Shown one piece after another: positions 1 through 9,438 of a stretch of DNA of 64,000 bases. The number at the start of each line of letters is the position of its first letter. Position 1 is the first letter of the stretch. The DNA lies in the IMG/VR virus record IMGVR_UViG_3300011989_000257, positions 160,001 through 224,000 of that record. One strand, 5' to 3'. This DNA is from a virus (Duplodnaviria > Caudoviricetes). The translations under genes were made by a program, and so were the position numbers. Below the pieces are notes generated by a model, which worked only from the letters and a program-made list of their open reading frames with translations, was not told the origin of the DNA and made no database searches.

Positions 1-573
1 TTCGTTAAGGGTGCTGCAAGCACCGTAGTAGTTAATAAATTAGCCGATTCAGCAATGAATAAGGGCAAAGGTGAAAATCGAAATCCCTATTTAGGTAGGG
101 TGATTATCGCCAAGGAATATTGTGGCTACGTCATGGGCACAGATTACTCCAATAGCCTTGAAAATACTGCTGATAGAATGGGCAATGGTGATGCGGAGGT
201 CAATCTGAAACAGACATGGCACAAGCCTTGCAAGGTTTTTGGTGAATGGTTCAGCACTGACAGAGCAACAGAGAGCAAGATTTACTTGAAGTTGCAGCGC
301 AATGCCAAGCAAGTTGGTTGCAAGACCACTACCACTTACTATCTTGATGGCCACAAGGCAACAGACGAAGAAGTTGCAGACATCGAGAATTGGCTGAAAA
401 AGAAGAGCCATACCCAGAGCAGCACACAGATTGAAATGGGTATCGACAAGGAACATGAGCAGACGTTTATTCTTCCACAACTTGACACAATCGTTGAGAT
501 TCGCCAAGGTGAAAGAGTTGTCGAGCCTTATGCGCTCATGCACAAAGTTGAGGAAATGGCAATGGCTTATTAA
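1..573 (+). CDS. Hypothetical phage protein, probably 5'-truncated by the window edge
   Basis: Frame is open from position 1 through the 55..573 ORF and is followed by a terminator. Confidence 0.75.
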   Translation, partial: FVKGAASTVVVNKLADSAMNKGKGENRNPYLGRVIIAKEYCGYVMGTDYSNSLENTADRMGNGDAEVNLKQTWHKPCKVFGEWFSTDRATESKIYLKLQRNAKQVGCKTTTTYYLDGHKATDEEVADIENWLKKKSHTQSSTQIEMGIDKEHEQTFILPQLDTIVEIRQGERVVEPYALMHKVEEMAMAY

Positions 574-585
574 CAAGAACTTTAA

Positions 586-614
586 ATGGTGGGGAGCAAT
601 CCTCACCATTTTTT
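586..614 (+). terminator. Intrinsic terminator
   Basis: ATGGTGGGGA-GCAA-TCCTCACCAT followed by a T tract. Confidence 0.8.
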
Positions 615-619
615 GTGTT

Positions 620-634
620 GTACTTAATTAAGTC
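620..634. repeat. GTACTT-N3-TAAGT repeat copy
   Basis: GTACTTAATTAAGTC; identical copy at 1044-1058. Confidence 0.8.
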
Positions 635-672
635 GTAGTAAAAAAGATTTACAGAAAAAAGTTGCGAATTTA

Positions 673-706
673 TTTGGTCAATTCAGATAAATTTCGTATC
701 TTTGCA
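673..706 (+). promoter_or_regulatory. Bacteroidota sigma-A type promoter driving a non-coding transcript
   Basis: TTTGG...CGTATCTTTGCA; no credible ORF before the terminator at 954-986. Confidence 0.85.
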
Positions 707-720
707 GTGTAAAAGAAATA

Positions 721-788
721 AGAGGTGTAAGGGCACATTTAACGTAGCGTTTTAGCGTAGTGTCGGTGGTAAGTCCCAAAACACCTTT
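721..788 (+). ncRNA. Candidate structured small RNA unit
   Basis: AGAGGTGT...ACACCTTT closing stem just after the predicted TSS. Confidence 0.45.
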
Positions 789-789
789 A

Positions 790-896
790 GGTAGGATAAA
801 ACAAACCATAGCGAATGGTAAGGTGAGGGAAGTGTAGGAGCGTTGCAGCCAGAGAGCCACTCTCACGTTGGAATACCAAGATTGGGGAAACCTACC
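790..896 (+). ncRNA. Candidate structured ncRNA, family A copy 1
   Basis: GGTAGG/CCTACC closing stem; shares GGATAAAACAA and TACCAAGATTGGGGAAACC with 20118-20200(-). Confidence 0.7.
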
Positions 897-953
897 ATTT
901 TGATTGAGAATTTCTGTTCTGAAGTCATATATCGTGTTTTTAGGTGAATATGG

Positions 954-986
954 ATGGGTTGTGTCGTGAGACATGACCCATTTTTT
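954..986 (+). terminator. Intrinsic terminator with GTGA tetraloop
   Basis: ATGGGTTGTGTC-GTGA-GACATGACCCAT followed by a T tract. Confidence 0.85.
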
Positions 987-1043
987 GTATTATTATAGAT
1001 TAAAATATAAATGCCCCTACCTTATTCAGATAGGAGCATAGAT

Positions 1044-1058
1044 GTACTTAATTAAGTC
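1044..1058. repeat. GTACTT-N3-TAAGT repeat copy
   Basis: GTACTTAATTAAGTC. Confidence 0.8.
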
Positions 1059-1067
1059 CAATGGTGC

Positions 1068-1376
1068 TTATAGTTGCACCCCTTGTAGTATTGGGGATGG
1101 AATATCATCTATCCATACATCAACTGCATCGTACACCTCGCAGCCACCGTGTGATGTCATAAAAATGGTTGTGGTGATGCTCTTATAGTTCACATCAAAA
1201 AATGTGTTGTTTCCAATGAACTTGCTGCCGCAGAAACATGGGTCGATGTTTAGGTTGTAGCCATTCAGTTTCTTAAAAGCGTCCTCAAATTTCATGGTGC
1301 TAACCAAACGGCACAAATCCTCTCTGTCTCTCTTAGCGAGTTCTGTTGCTAACTTGATGATAATTTCTCTTTCCAT
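1068..1376 (-). CDS. Hypothetical protein
   Basis: ORF directly downstream of promoter 1404-1437. Confidence 0.75.
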   Translation of the reverse strand: MEREIIIKLATELAKRDREDLCRLVSTMKFEDAFKKLNGYNLNIDPCFCGSKFIGNNTFFDVNYKSITTTIFMTSHGGCEVYDAVDVWIDDIPSPILQGVQL

Positions 1377-1530
1377 AATCTTTAATTGTTATTGTTTTGC
1401 TGGTGCAAAGATACGAAAAAAAATTGGAATAGCCAAACGAAAACAGATTTTTTTTTAGATTTATAATAAAAAATGTGCTGACTATCCTCACGGATAATCA
1501 GCACCTATATTGCTTATGGTCAAATCTTCT

Positions 1531-1782
1531 TTACTTTGTCATGGCTTTGAGTTCAGCCTTGATGCGCTTTGCAGTCTCACCTCTCCAAGTTGATGCGTTT
1601 CCAAGGAAATAGAGCACGATGGTCTTTGCTGAATCAAACATATAGTTGTCGTTGATAGAATCGAGCGTAGCCATTGCATCGAGGTATGGCTTTGCACCGA
1701 AATATACGTTCTTCCAATCGTTCTTGATGTCACGTGCAATCTCATAGAGAGGTCTTACGTTTGTTGTAGTTGTCTTTGCCAT
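1531..1782 (-). CDS. Conserved small phage protein
   Basis: RPLYEIA..DW..VYFGAKPYLDAM...YFLGNASTWRGETAKRIKAEL resembles a phage family I recall; has its own promoter at 1816. Confidence 0.8.
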   Translation of the reverse strand: MAKTTTTNVRPLYEIARDIKNDWKNVYFGAKPYLDAMATLDSINDNYMFDSAKTIVLYFLGNASTWRGETAKRIKAELKAMTK

Positions 1783-1971
1783 AATCTAAATCTGTTATTA
1801 ATTGTTGTTTGATGGTGCAAAGATACGAAAAAAAATTGAATTGGCAAAGAGAAACCAGTTTTTTAACATTTAATTAACATAGTTATATCATTTTCTTAAA
1901 AAGTATTAATAGGTTTGGTTATCTCACTGGAATTTCGTATCTTTGCATTACATTAATAAGATATAGTGTAT

Positions 1972-2178
1972 ATGGAAAAGAGAATCAAGTTTCAATATCA
2001 AGTGAAGCAAGTCAAGGGAATGTTCTCCGTGAGCACCATTGAGCGTTACGAGGTGAAAGAACTTATTCACGTTTGCGACCCCAATAAGAGCGACAGAGAG
2101 AATCTTGATGATGCTTTCTCGAAGGCTTGTGACTTGGGCGCTAATCCAAACAAGCAAGTTAGATGGAGTTTTATTTAA
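1972..2178 (+). CDS. Hypothetical protein
   Basis: Downstream of plus-strand promoter 1914-1947. Confidence 0.7.
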   Translation: MEKRIKFQYQVKQVKGMFSVSTIERYEVKELIHVCDPNKSDRENLDDAFSKACDLGANPNKQVRWSFI

Positions 2179-2192
2179 ATTGAAATAAGATT

Positions 2193-2477
2193 ATGGATAT
2201 TACAACAGAGATTAACAAGTTAAAAGCAGTTGCCAAGGAGAATGGTTTGGAAGTGAGGTTTCGTGACCATAAAACAAATATGGGTGATTTCTGCATATTT
2301 ATCTATGATAAATCTGTAAGAAAATCATATATGGTTGGCTTTGATGGGTATTGGGATAGTAAAACCTTGCCGTTTGATGTATGTCTGCGTTCAGCATACA
2401 ATTGGATTAAGAAGCGTGACAAACGTTACACCAAGGTAGATGGTATGTGGGTATATAATACGCATTTAAATCAATAA
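2193..2477 (+). CDS. Hypothetical protein
   Basis: ORF in plus-strand operon. Confidence 0.75.
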   Translation: MDITTEINKLKAVAKENGLEVRFRDHKTNMGDFCIFIYDKSVRKSYMVGFDGYWDSKTLPFDVCLRSAYNWIKKRDKRYTKVDGMWVYNTHLNQ

Positions 2478-2483
2478 TAGTTT

Positions 2484-2498
2484 GTACTTTTTTAAGTC
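2484..2498. repeat. GTACTT-N3-TAAGT repeat copy
   Basis: GTACTTTTTTAAGTC. Confidence 0.75.
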
Positions 2499-2505
2499 TT
2501 ATAAT

Positions 2506-2751
2506 ATGTTAATATTAGCAAAGTGTATTAAAGAAACATACACATGGGAAGGTGATGGAAAACAGCACAAGTTTTCAAAAGTTAAACTTGGTCACACTTA
2601 TGCATTCTCAGAGACCGCTGGAACCTATTGGCTTGATGTGTTTGCATCACCAAATAGAAAAGACTTTGAGGATTGCAATGGTTGGGTTCAAGCTTGTAAA
2701 AGAGGTCTTGAAAGTAAATATTTCAATGAAATGTTTAAAAGGGTAGATTAA
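2506..2751 (+). CDS. Hypothetical protein
   Basis: ATG start chosen downstream of the repeat. Confidence 0.7.
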   Translation: MLILAKCIKETYTWEGDGKQHKFSKVKLGHTYAFSETAGTYWLDVFASPNRKDFEDCNGWVQACKRGLESKYFNEMFKRVD

Positions 2752-2833
2752 TTCTACCTTTTATTTTTAATTTAAAATAACAATGGGATAGGCTAATAAC
2801 CTATCCCCTTTTTGTAGACCATTGAAGATGGGC

Positions 2834-2872
2834 TTCAATGGCAACAACGTTGCCGTTGTACTTATTTAAGTC
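2834..2872. repeat. Extended hairpin + GTACTT repeat
   Basis: TTCAATGGCAACAACGTTGCCGTTGTACTTATTTAAGTC; homologous to copies at 28.1-29.3 kb. Confidence 0.8.
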
Positions 2873-2874
2873 CA

Positions 2875-3186
2875 TTAATAATACATTCTAAAGGCAAAGT
2901 ATTGTGTTTCCACCCCATGAGAGAGATTGAATAAGTCAGTTTCAATCATATCCATCAGCCTTGCATAGTCCAACGTGAAATCGAAATGGAAGTTTTCCAA
3001 TGGTGCTTCAAGGTCATTGAGGAATACAAGCATCGAATAGTCATGCGCACCTTTGGTAATATACACATGGCTATATTTCTTTGCAAAGTTATCATCGCCC
3101 TTGAATGACATTGTTCTCACACCATTATCAATGAGTGTCTGCTTAATGAGTTCTTGATATAAACCCTTTGTAGTTGTCTTTGCCAT
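2875..3186 (-). CDS. Hypothetical protein
   Basis: ORF; MAKTTT N-terminus shared with the 1531 gene. Confidence 0.75.
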   Translation of the reverse strand: MAKTTTKGLYQELIKQTLIDNGVRTMSFKGDDNFAKKYSHVYITKGAHDYSMLVFLNDLEAPLENFHFDFTLDYARLMDMIETDLFNLSHGVETQYFAFRMYY

Positions 3187-3188
3187 AA

Positions 3189-3569
3189 TTAGAATGTTCT
3201 GTTATATTTCTTCGTATATTCCTCTGGTTGCCACACTCCCATACCTATTGAGACTACATTATCTTTATATCCTACATACAATGCAGAATTAAGAAAAGCA
3301 TTGGCATCAAGTTTGGGGTCTTTTGGTACTAATTTAACTGCCACTTTATTATCTGGCCATATATTTTTTTCTACCTTAAGCCATTTTAATATTTCATCCC
3401 ACAGAGAGTTAAGCCACTCGTCAAATGGGGAATGACCATCTCTGTCTGATTCAACAATGCGGAGATATACGACTGATGTATATGGATAATACTCAACAAT
3501 GTCGAACCTATCCAATGTCAACGTATCTTGCAATGAAAATCCTTTTATTTCTCTTCTTAACCTTTTCAT
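3189..3569 (-). CDS. Hypothetical protein
   Basis: ORF after promoter 3591. Confidence 0.75.
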   Translation of the reverse strand: MKRLRREIKGFSLQDTLTLDRFDIVEYYPYTSVVYLRIVESDRDGHSPFDEWLNSLWDEILKWLKVEKNIWPDNKVAVKLVPKDPKLDANAFLNSALYVGYKDNVVSIGMGVWQPEEYTKKYNRTF

Positions 3570-3664
3570 ATTTTAATTATTATTTGTTGATGCAAAGATA
3601 CGAAAAAAAACTGAGATAACCAAAAGATTACCCCAGTTTTAACAATTATTTAAAGAGAATCAGA

Positions 3665-4321
3665 TTATGCCCAACATCTTGCCCTTGCCCTTGGTGACAT
3701 ATGCGCACCCTCATTCATGACATCAACGCCCTCGTCAGCAATCTTCTGTAATGTTCCGATTACATCTTCCATTTCCCCAATGGTTTTAAGGCACTTTATA
3801 ACCACTGTGGCAAGTCCAAGTTGACGTCCAGCACCATAAATGGCTTCATGGTCTTTGAAACGCTCACACACACCACTTTCTTCAACACCTTTCATGAGGG
3901 ATTTAATATCCTCCTTCATATCATCGAGTTTCCAAGCCATCTTCTCAACATACTGATAGGCTGCTCTCTCGTTTCTCTTTGCCATCTTCTGAATCTCAGC
4001 AAGCAAAGCATTAAGTTCACCATATTTCACAGAATATGTTGCCATTGGCTTGCTTATTCCCTTATGGGCAAGAATCTCATTGGCTATCTTTCCCCAAGAG
4101 CGATACGCATGGCTCTTATACACTTGGATTGATTTAAGTGTTGTCATTGGTTTCAGCAACTTTTCAATCTGCTCTGCCACCGCACTAATTTCCTTGGTGT
4201 TAGTATCACTTACCTTGGTAGCCTTTTTCTTCTTCTTGGCTTTCTTCTCCTTGCGATAGGTGGCATTAAACTCTGTCATGGTCATTTTAACACCATCAAC
4301 TATGATTGTACTCTCTTCCAT
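3665..4321 (-). CDS. Hypothetical helical, Lys-rich protein
   Basis: 218 aa ORF. Confidence 0.8.
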   Translation of the reverse strand: MEESTIIVDGVKMTMTEFNATYRKEKKAKKKKKATKVSDTNTKEISAVAEQIEKLLKPMTTLKSIQVYKSHAYRSWGKIANEILAHKGISKPMATYSVKYGELNALLAEIQKMAKRNERAAYQYVEKMAWKLDDMKEDIKSLMKGVEESGVCERFKDHEAIYGAGRQLGLATVVIKCLKTIGEMEDVIGTLQKIADEGVDVMNEGAHMSPRARARCWA

Positions 4322-4342
4322 AATAATATTTTGTTTTTAGGT

Positions 4343-4663
4343 TTAATCTTCAAGATAACTCTTTGTTGATATAAGATGTTCCAATGCAATCTCACGCTTC
4401 TCCTTGTCAGAGATTAATCCCCACATAATCTTGTGTAGGTCTTGTGTTTCGAGCACTGATATATTTCTCATTCCATAGCCATCATCAAGCCACATGGTTG
4501 AATTGCCTTGCTTCTGCAATGACACGATGCGCTTTCTTGTTGTATGCTTAATCACACCCTCCTTGAAAACCACATAGAATGGCTTGCGGAGTTTAATCTT
4601 GCCAGAGGTCTTGGAATCAACCTTCTCCTTGATTAACTTTAATGTCTTACTTCTTGTAATCAT
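4343..4663 (-). CDS. Hypothetical basic protein (start corrected to MITRSK)
   Basis: Track start runs through promoter 4690. Confidence 0.75.
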   Translation of the reverse strand: MITRSKTLKLIKEKVDSKTSGKIKLRKPFYVVFKEGVIKHTTRKRIVSLQKQGNSTMWLDDGYGMRNISVLETQDLHKIMWGLISDKEKREIALEHLISTKSYLED

Positions 4664-4743
4664 AATTCTGTTTCTCCTTTTTATTATGGTGCAAAGATAC
4701 GAAAAAAAATTGAGATAACCAAAGATTATCCCAACTTTTTTTA

Positions 4744-6303
4744 TTAATCTATAGAAATTTTCTTCTTTGTCAGTTCTTGTTCTGTCAAATCCACGAAAAT
4801 CAACTCTTTTCTTGCCCTTGTAATGGCTACATACTTCAGGTTCATTTCTTGTTGTTCTTGCCATTTCTTTTGTTGTGGATATTTCAATGGCAGCTTGTTT
4901 GGCAATAAAATAAATACTCTATTTGCTTCCAATCCCTTGCTCTTATGTGCAGTTGATAAGGTCACAGCGTGCTCAATCTTATCATCAGTAAACATCTTAT
5001 TGATATAAGACTTCAACTGCATGGTATCTTTGATGGAATACATACAAATGTTCTCAATGCACTTGCACCTATCTTCTAAGTTGAGATACTTCATTGCGTT
5101 CTTTGCAGCAGTCTCGTCACATTTTCTTTCCTCTTTGATGATATTAATCATCTTTTTCTTTTCATCTTCCAAATATGCCAACACTTCTTTGATATTTGTT
5201 GTATTCGCATTTTCAATGAGGTTTTTAAGGTCTTGTGCAATGTCCTTGCCCTTGACAACTGCGGTAATGCCACTCTCAATCATTTTCATACAGAGACCTA
5301 CAAGGGGTGCAGATGTCCTACATAATACCATATCGTCCTCTCTGAACAGAGATTTATTAAGTTCCTTGGTATGATATATCTTCCCATCAATCGCCCCATC
5401 ATGCGCCTTAATTTGAGGTACGATTTCTTGTGCAAGCGCAATCATGTTTGTGCCACAACGATAGTTCACAGACAATGGCAATTCAATGGTATTGTCTTGG
5501 TTGGCAATCTTATCAAATGAGTTACAATCAGCACCTGCAAACCCATTGATGGCTTGGTTTCTGTCACCAACTGCGATAAATCTACCATTCTTTGCAGCGC
5601 ATAGCATCAACTCTCTTTGTGCTCTGTTAAGGTCTTGGCACTCGTCAATAAACACATACTTATATGATGGAATTGCTTCTTTATGAAACAATGGCAATAC
5701 AACCATGTCTGTATAGTCAATGGTTAAATCCTTTGGCATCTTATAAGCATCAGCAAGCAATATATTGCATACCTCAATTTCGTCATATAATGTAATGAGA
5801 TTGTGTTCATCACATAGTTCTCTCAACTTGGATAAATCATTCTCACTATGCTTAATGAGATTGACCCTTGCAAGCGCATATAACTTAGCCACATTGCAGC
5901 AGAAACCAAATACCTTTGCAGCATCCGTATCTGGGGTTATAATCCTTGACAATGAATATACATTCTGTTTCACATACTTCTGATACTTCCAATCATCCAC
6001 CTTGACAAACATCTTGTATTGAGGACAATTATAATACTTCTTTAATACATGAAAACCAAATGCGTGCAATGTCGATACCTCTGCATAACCTTTTAATTTC
6101 GTCTTTAATTCCTCTACAATAAGTTTATTAAACGCAAGAAATAAAACATTACGTTCTTTCTCTCCCAATCGCTTACAAGCAGAAACAATGGTTGTGGTCT
6201 TTCCACTACCCGCAACTGCATTGATGGCAATGTTCTCGCTACCATTCTCGACTGCATCGAAAATGTCCAACTGATAATCTGAATACTCTAATCTCTTTAA
6301 CAT
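4744..6303 (-). CDS. Superfamily 1 (UvrD/Rep-like) helicase
   Basis: AVAGSGKTT Walker A, FIDECQD Walker B, VGDRNQAINGF, NYRC, STAHKSKGLE, YVAITRA; start corrected to MLKRLE. Confidence 0.92.
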   Translation of the reverse strand: MLKRLEYSDYQLDIFDAVENGSENIAINAVAGSGKTTTIVSACKRLGEKERNVLFLAFNKLIVEELKTKLKGYAEVSTLHAFGFHVLKKYYNCPQYKMFVKVDDWKYQKYVKQNVYSLSRIITPDTDAAKVFGFCCNVAKLYALARVNLIKHSENDLSKLRELCDEHNLITLYDEIEVCNILLADAYKMPKDLTIDYTDMVVLPLFHKEAIPSYKYVFIDECQDLNRAQRELMLCAAKNGRFIAVGDRNQAINGFAGADCNSFDKIANQDNTIELPLSVNYRCGTNMIALAQEIVPQIKAHDGAIDGKIYHTKELNKSLFREDDMVLCRTSAPLVGLCMKMIESGITAVVKGKDIAQDLKNLIENANTTNIKEVLAYLEDEKKKMINIIKEERKCDETAAKNAMKYLNLEDRCKCIENICMYSIKDTMQLKSYINKMFTDDKIEHAVTLSTAHKSKGLEANRVFILLPNKLPLKYPQQKKWQEQQEMNLKYVAITRARKELIFVDLTEQELTKKKISID

Positions 6304-6345
6304 AACATTTGCAAAGATACGAAAAAAAAGTGAGATAGCCAAATA

Positions 6346-6531
6346 CTATCCCATCTTTTTTGCACGTTCTGTTTTCAATTCATAATACTTTTTCAACTCC
6401 TTTGTTACGTATTCCTCGTATTTACGGAGTTCTTCTACCCATACCTTACAATCTTCTGCCGATATAGTTACACCTTGCCTACGAGCAACTGGAGTGGTGA
6501 GAATGGCAATCATGCTTTCTAATGCGTTCAT
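6346..6531 (-). CDS. Hypothetical protein
   Basis: ORF in operon. Confidence 0.65.
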   Translation of the reverse strand: MNALESMIAILTTPVARRQGVTISAEDCKVWVEELRKYEEYVTKELKKYYELKTERAKKMG

Positions 6532-6533
6532 AA

Positions 6534-6803
6534 CTATGCTATTCTAACCACCATACACTTTTCAGCACCCCAATTCTTATAAGCACCGACAGAAAGCGCA
6601 TTGATAACCCTTATTTCATCATCTGTGAATGTACCATAATGTCGCATAGCCTTTGCAGTTGACTTAGGAACACAACGTACAACATTTGAAGTGTAGTCAC
6701 CCTTTTCGTCTGGAAAACTAATCAATTGAAATACTTTTCTTCCCTCATTGCCCTCTATACTACTCACAATGCGAGACAAATGCTCAATATTTCTTCTTGC
6801 CAT
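6534..6803 (-). CDS. Hypothetical protein
   Basis: ORF in operon. Confidence 0.7.
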   Translation of the reverse strand: MARRNIEHLSRIVSSIEGNEGRKVFQLISFPDEKGDYTSNVVRCVPKSTAKAMRHYGTFTDDEIRVINALSVGAYKNWGAEKCMVVRIA

Positions 6804-6819
6804 ATTCTTATTAATCTAT

Positions 6820-6969
6820 TTAATTATCAGAACCATATACAATCTCATTGGTCTCAGTATCGAGAATGAACTTAGCACCATCATGTTCAGCAGATATTTG
6901 TGCATCCACTAAATCATCGTATTCATCAATAACTTCATCGTTGATGTCATAAACCTCAAAACGTTTCAT
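6820..6969 (-). CDS. 49-aa highly acidic protein (not in ORF track)
   Basis: MKRFEVYDINDEVIDEYDDLVDAQISAEHDGAKFILDTETNEIVYGSDN; follows promoter 6999 and an AGGAG motif. Confidence 0.75.
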   Translation of the reverse strand: MKRFEVYDINDEVIDEYDDLVDAQISAEHDGAKFILDTETNEIVYGSDN

Positions 6970-7070
6970 ATTAATCTCCTTTTAATTGTTTTCTGTGGTG
7001 TAAATATACGAAAAAAAAATAAATCTACCAAAGATTTCACGTTAATTTTTATTTATTTCGTATAATATTC

Positions 7071-7828
7071 TTATTCTATTGAAATCGTGTCATAAGTTCC
7101 TCTCTCTGTCTTTTCCCAAGTGATTGTAAAGTTATCCACGACATCACCAAATTCCAAGTGCAATATTGAATGAATATCATCACAATTTGTAAATGAAACG
7201 TTTGTGCAGTTCTTGAAATGTCTTTCAACAATATCCTTAACAACACCCTTAAAGAATACATTGTAGATGTTGGTAATACCAATCTTCTTCAATGCTTCAA
7301 TGTTTGCTTGATGAAATGTTTTATTCTCCATAATCTTTTTAATTTATAATACATATACATCTTCCCTTGTATCGTAGTGCTCATATTCAATGGTTTCACC
7401 CAAGAGTTTTGCAGTTCGCTTGCAATTCTTGACATCTTCCCACGTGCATCCCATTGTGGTACGATAGCAGAAACCATTGCGAATCCAATCAACTGAATAT
7501 ATCTTAGTCTTTTTGACTATTCTCTTTTTCATCTAACAAATCAATCTATTTTCAAAATATATTTTTCTGCTGCTTTGATATTATACATATTGCCCTTCGT
7601 TCTATTACCATCACCCCAAATATAATCCACACGATTATAATCTGGAATGTCATACTCACACGCAATTTGGTCAATGCCATTATGTGTATATTTATATACT
7701 TTGAGGTGCGAATAGCAATTGCCGTTCTCTGCAACAATCTTATATTTGCCGCCACCCACAACAACCAATGATTCTGATGAATAACTTGGTGAATCGTTCT
7801 TCACTAATACTTCAATCGTCTTTTCCAT
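7071..7828 (-). CDS. Operon of three hypothetical proteins (7541-7828, 7344-7532, 7071-7331)
   Basis: Tightly packed ORFs after promoter 7863. Confidence 0.7.
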
Positions 7829-7926
7829 ATTCTTTATCTCCTTTTAATTGTTATTTCTATGGTGCAAAGATACGAAAATATTTTGAATTGACAAAACAAA
7901 TTAACACATTTAACAAAAATAACATT

Positions 7927-7954
7927 GGGGTGAAAGCCGAATTGCCTTCACCCC
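7927..7954 (-). terminator. Terminator ending the ncRNA transcript
   Basis: GGGGTGAA...TTCACCCC hairpin with a T-rich tail on the minus strand. Confidence 0.65.
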
Positions 7955-8000
7955 TTCATCGTTCTCAAATGTAACAATTAAAAAGATTAGATTAGATTTG

Positions 8001-8082
8001 TTGGTAAGCATGGAATCGAACCACTCAAGTTTGCTCTATAGAACAGAGCGCAGTACAAGCCATTACTACTATTACTTACTAA
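8001..8082 (-). ncRNA. Degenerate tRNA-like RNA (anticodon arm reads TCT, Arg-like)
   Basis: D-like arm AGTA/TACT, GCTCT-GTTCTAT-AGAGC arm, T arm GTGG-TTCGATT-CCAT, imperfect acceptor stem. Confidence 0.5.
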
Positions 8083-8087
8083 ACTTG

Positions 8088-8202
8088 TTGGTAGAGGCGA
8101 ATTTGAATCGCCGAAGTCACCGAAGTGACACATCAAGCACGAACTTGATGCCCATTTGTCCACATCTACCCTTGCGGATAGTTCTCCTCTGGTATCTACC
8201 AA
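8088..8202 (-). ncRNA. Multi-arm tRNA-like RNA
   Basis: 8-bp closing stem TTGGTAGA/TCTACCAA, three internal hairpins and a T-arm GGCGA-TTCAAAT-TCGCC. Confidence 0.6.
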
Positions 8203-8245
8203 AAGGTGGTTTTTAATAAGTTGTCCACCGCAACCCTATATCTCG

Positions 8246-8354
8246 TAAGTAAGGTGCTTTCCGCTGAAAATCTTAATGGTGTTCTCGTCTTCTTCGTAAT
8301 GCCCTCACATCTTGAACTATTCAGAGGGATTTGTTCTCCATTTGACCTTACTTA
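8246..8354 (-). ncRNA. Candidate structured small RNA
   Basis: Perfect 10-bp closing stem TAAGTAAGGT/ACCTTACTTA just after promoter 8377. Confidence 0.55.
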
Positions 8355-8441
8355 ATGTCTATCGTTTCATTGACGATGCAAAGATATATCTATTTTTCTT
8401 AAATCCCAAATTTTCGCATACCTTTTAACAGTTCTTAACAA

Positions 8442-8774
8442 TTAATCATCTTCGGTGTTTTCAATCATATCAAATATGTGTGTGAATACGATTGCTGCAA
8501 GTGTTGGAGCATACGTTTTTATTGTTTCCCAATCAAAATAGTATTGTTCCTCATTGTCATCAATAAACCAAAGTTCAACACCAAATTGGTCGTTAACACG
8601 GATTGATAACAAATCACCCTTGAGCACACACTTTGGAAACTTGATTGTTAAGTTCTCACTGAATGGCTTTGGCAGATTTGGGAAATATTCAAATTCCTCG
8701 CCATTAAACTCGCCCTTTGCAATGATGAACATCGCAATTAACGGCTCTACTCCTATTGTAATATTCTTATTCAT
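8442..8774 (-). CDS. Hypothetical protein
   Basis: ORF. Confidence 0.7.
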   Translation of the reverse strand: MNKNITIGVEPLIAMFIIAKGEFNGEEFEYFPNLPKPFSENLTIKFPKCVLKGDLLSIRVNDQFGVELWFIDDNEEQYYFDWETIKTYAPTLAAIVFTHIFDMIENTEDD

Positions 8775-8777
8775 ATT

Positions 8778-9014
8778 CTAATAAATTGCTTCGATTGACA
8801 CTTTTGATTCATCTTTCCCTTTGAGGGTTATCAAGAAAACCATATTGCCCCTTATCCATTCCTCTGGGGTTTTCATATCAATCGTCCTCTCCCCATCTGT
8901 CATGTCATACTCAGCGATTGTCTCACCATCATATTTCATCAGCAACTTATACTTGTCGTGCTTCTTGTCAATGGCTTTGACTTTCTTAACCAATTTCTCT
9001 AAAATAATGCTCAT
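8778..9014 (-). CDS. Hypothetical protein
   Basis: ORF after promoter 9042. Confidence 0.7.
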   Translation of the reverse strand: MSIILEKLVKKVKAIDKKHDKYKLLMKYDGETIAEYDMTDGERTIDMKTPEEWIRGNMVFLITLKGKDESKVSIEAIY

Positions 9015-9113
9015 AATCTATAATATTTAATTGTTTAACGATGCAAAGATACGAAATATTTTTGAATTAGCCAAGAAAAATGGGAAGAATTTTTGTATTT
9101 CTTCCCAAAATCC

Positions 9114-9437
9114 TTAATAACGATACAGATTGTCTGCTCTGTTGTTGTAAACATCACCATCGTAATGACCAATGCGATTGTTCTTGACCTTATAGCCATT
9201 CATGCCATAATATGTCCAATTCTCGCCATCTTTGATGCACCAATGGTTAAATACAATCTGTGAAATGGTATGTTGCTCTTTGCCCCATATACCACAACAT
9301 AGAAATATCGTAAGTTGTTTATGCGTTGGTCTTGGTGCTCTCGGCTTCAAAATCTTTTTGGTTTTCTTATTGCGAATCCTACCATAATTTGAAACCTCAT
9401 ACTTTTTCGCAAATATAATCTCTTTCCACTCTTCCAT
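9114..9437 (-). CDS. NUMOD4 domain / HNH-like protein
   Basis: EEWKEI...YEVSNYGRIRN (NUMOD4) and HYDGDVYNNRADNL (HNH-type C-terminus). Confidence 0.8.
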   Translation of the reverse strand: MEEWKEIIFAKKYEVSNYGRIRNKKTKKILKPRAPRPTHKQLTIFLCCGIWGKEQHTISQIVFNHWCIKDGENWTYYGMNGYKVKNNRIGHYDGDVYNNRADNLYRY

Positions 9438-9438
9438 A

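Noticed and set aside
8030-8050. Amber suppressor (CTA) anticodon in the tRNA-like RNA
   Set aside because: The stem register GCTCT/AGAGC centres TCT; no stem supports a CTA-centred 7-nt loop
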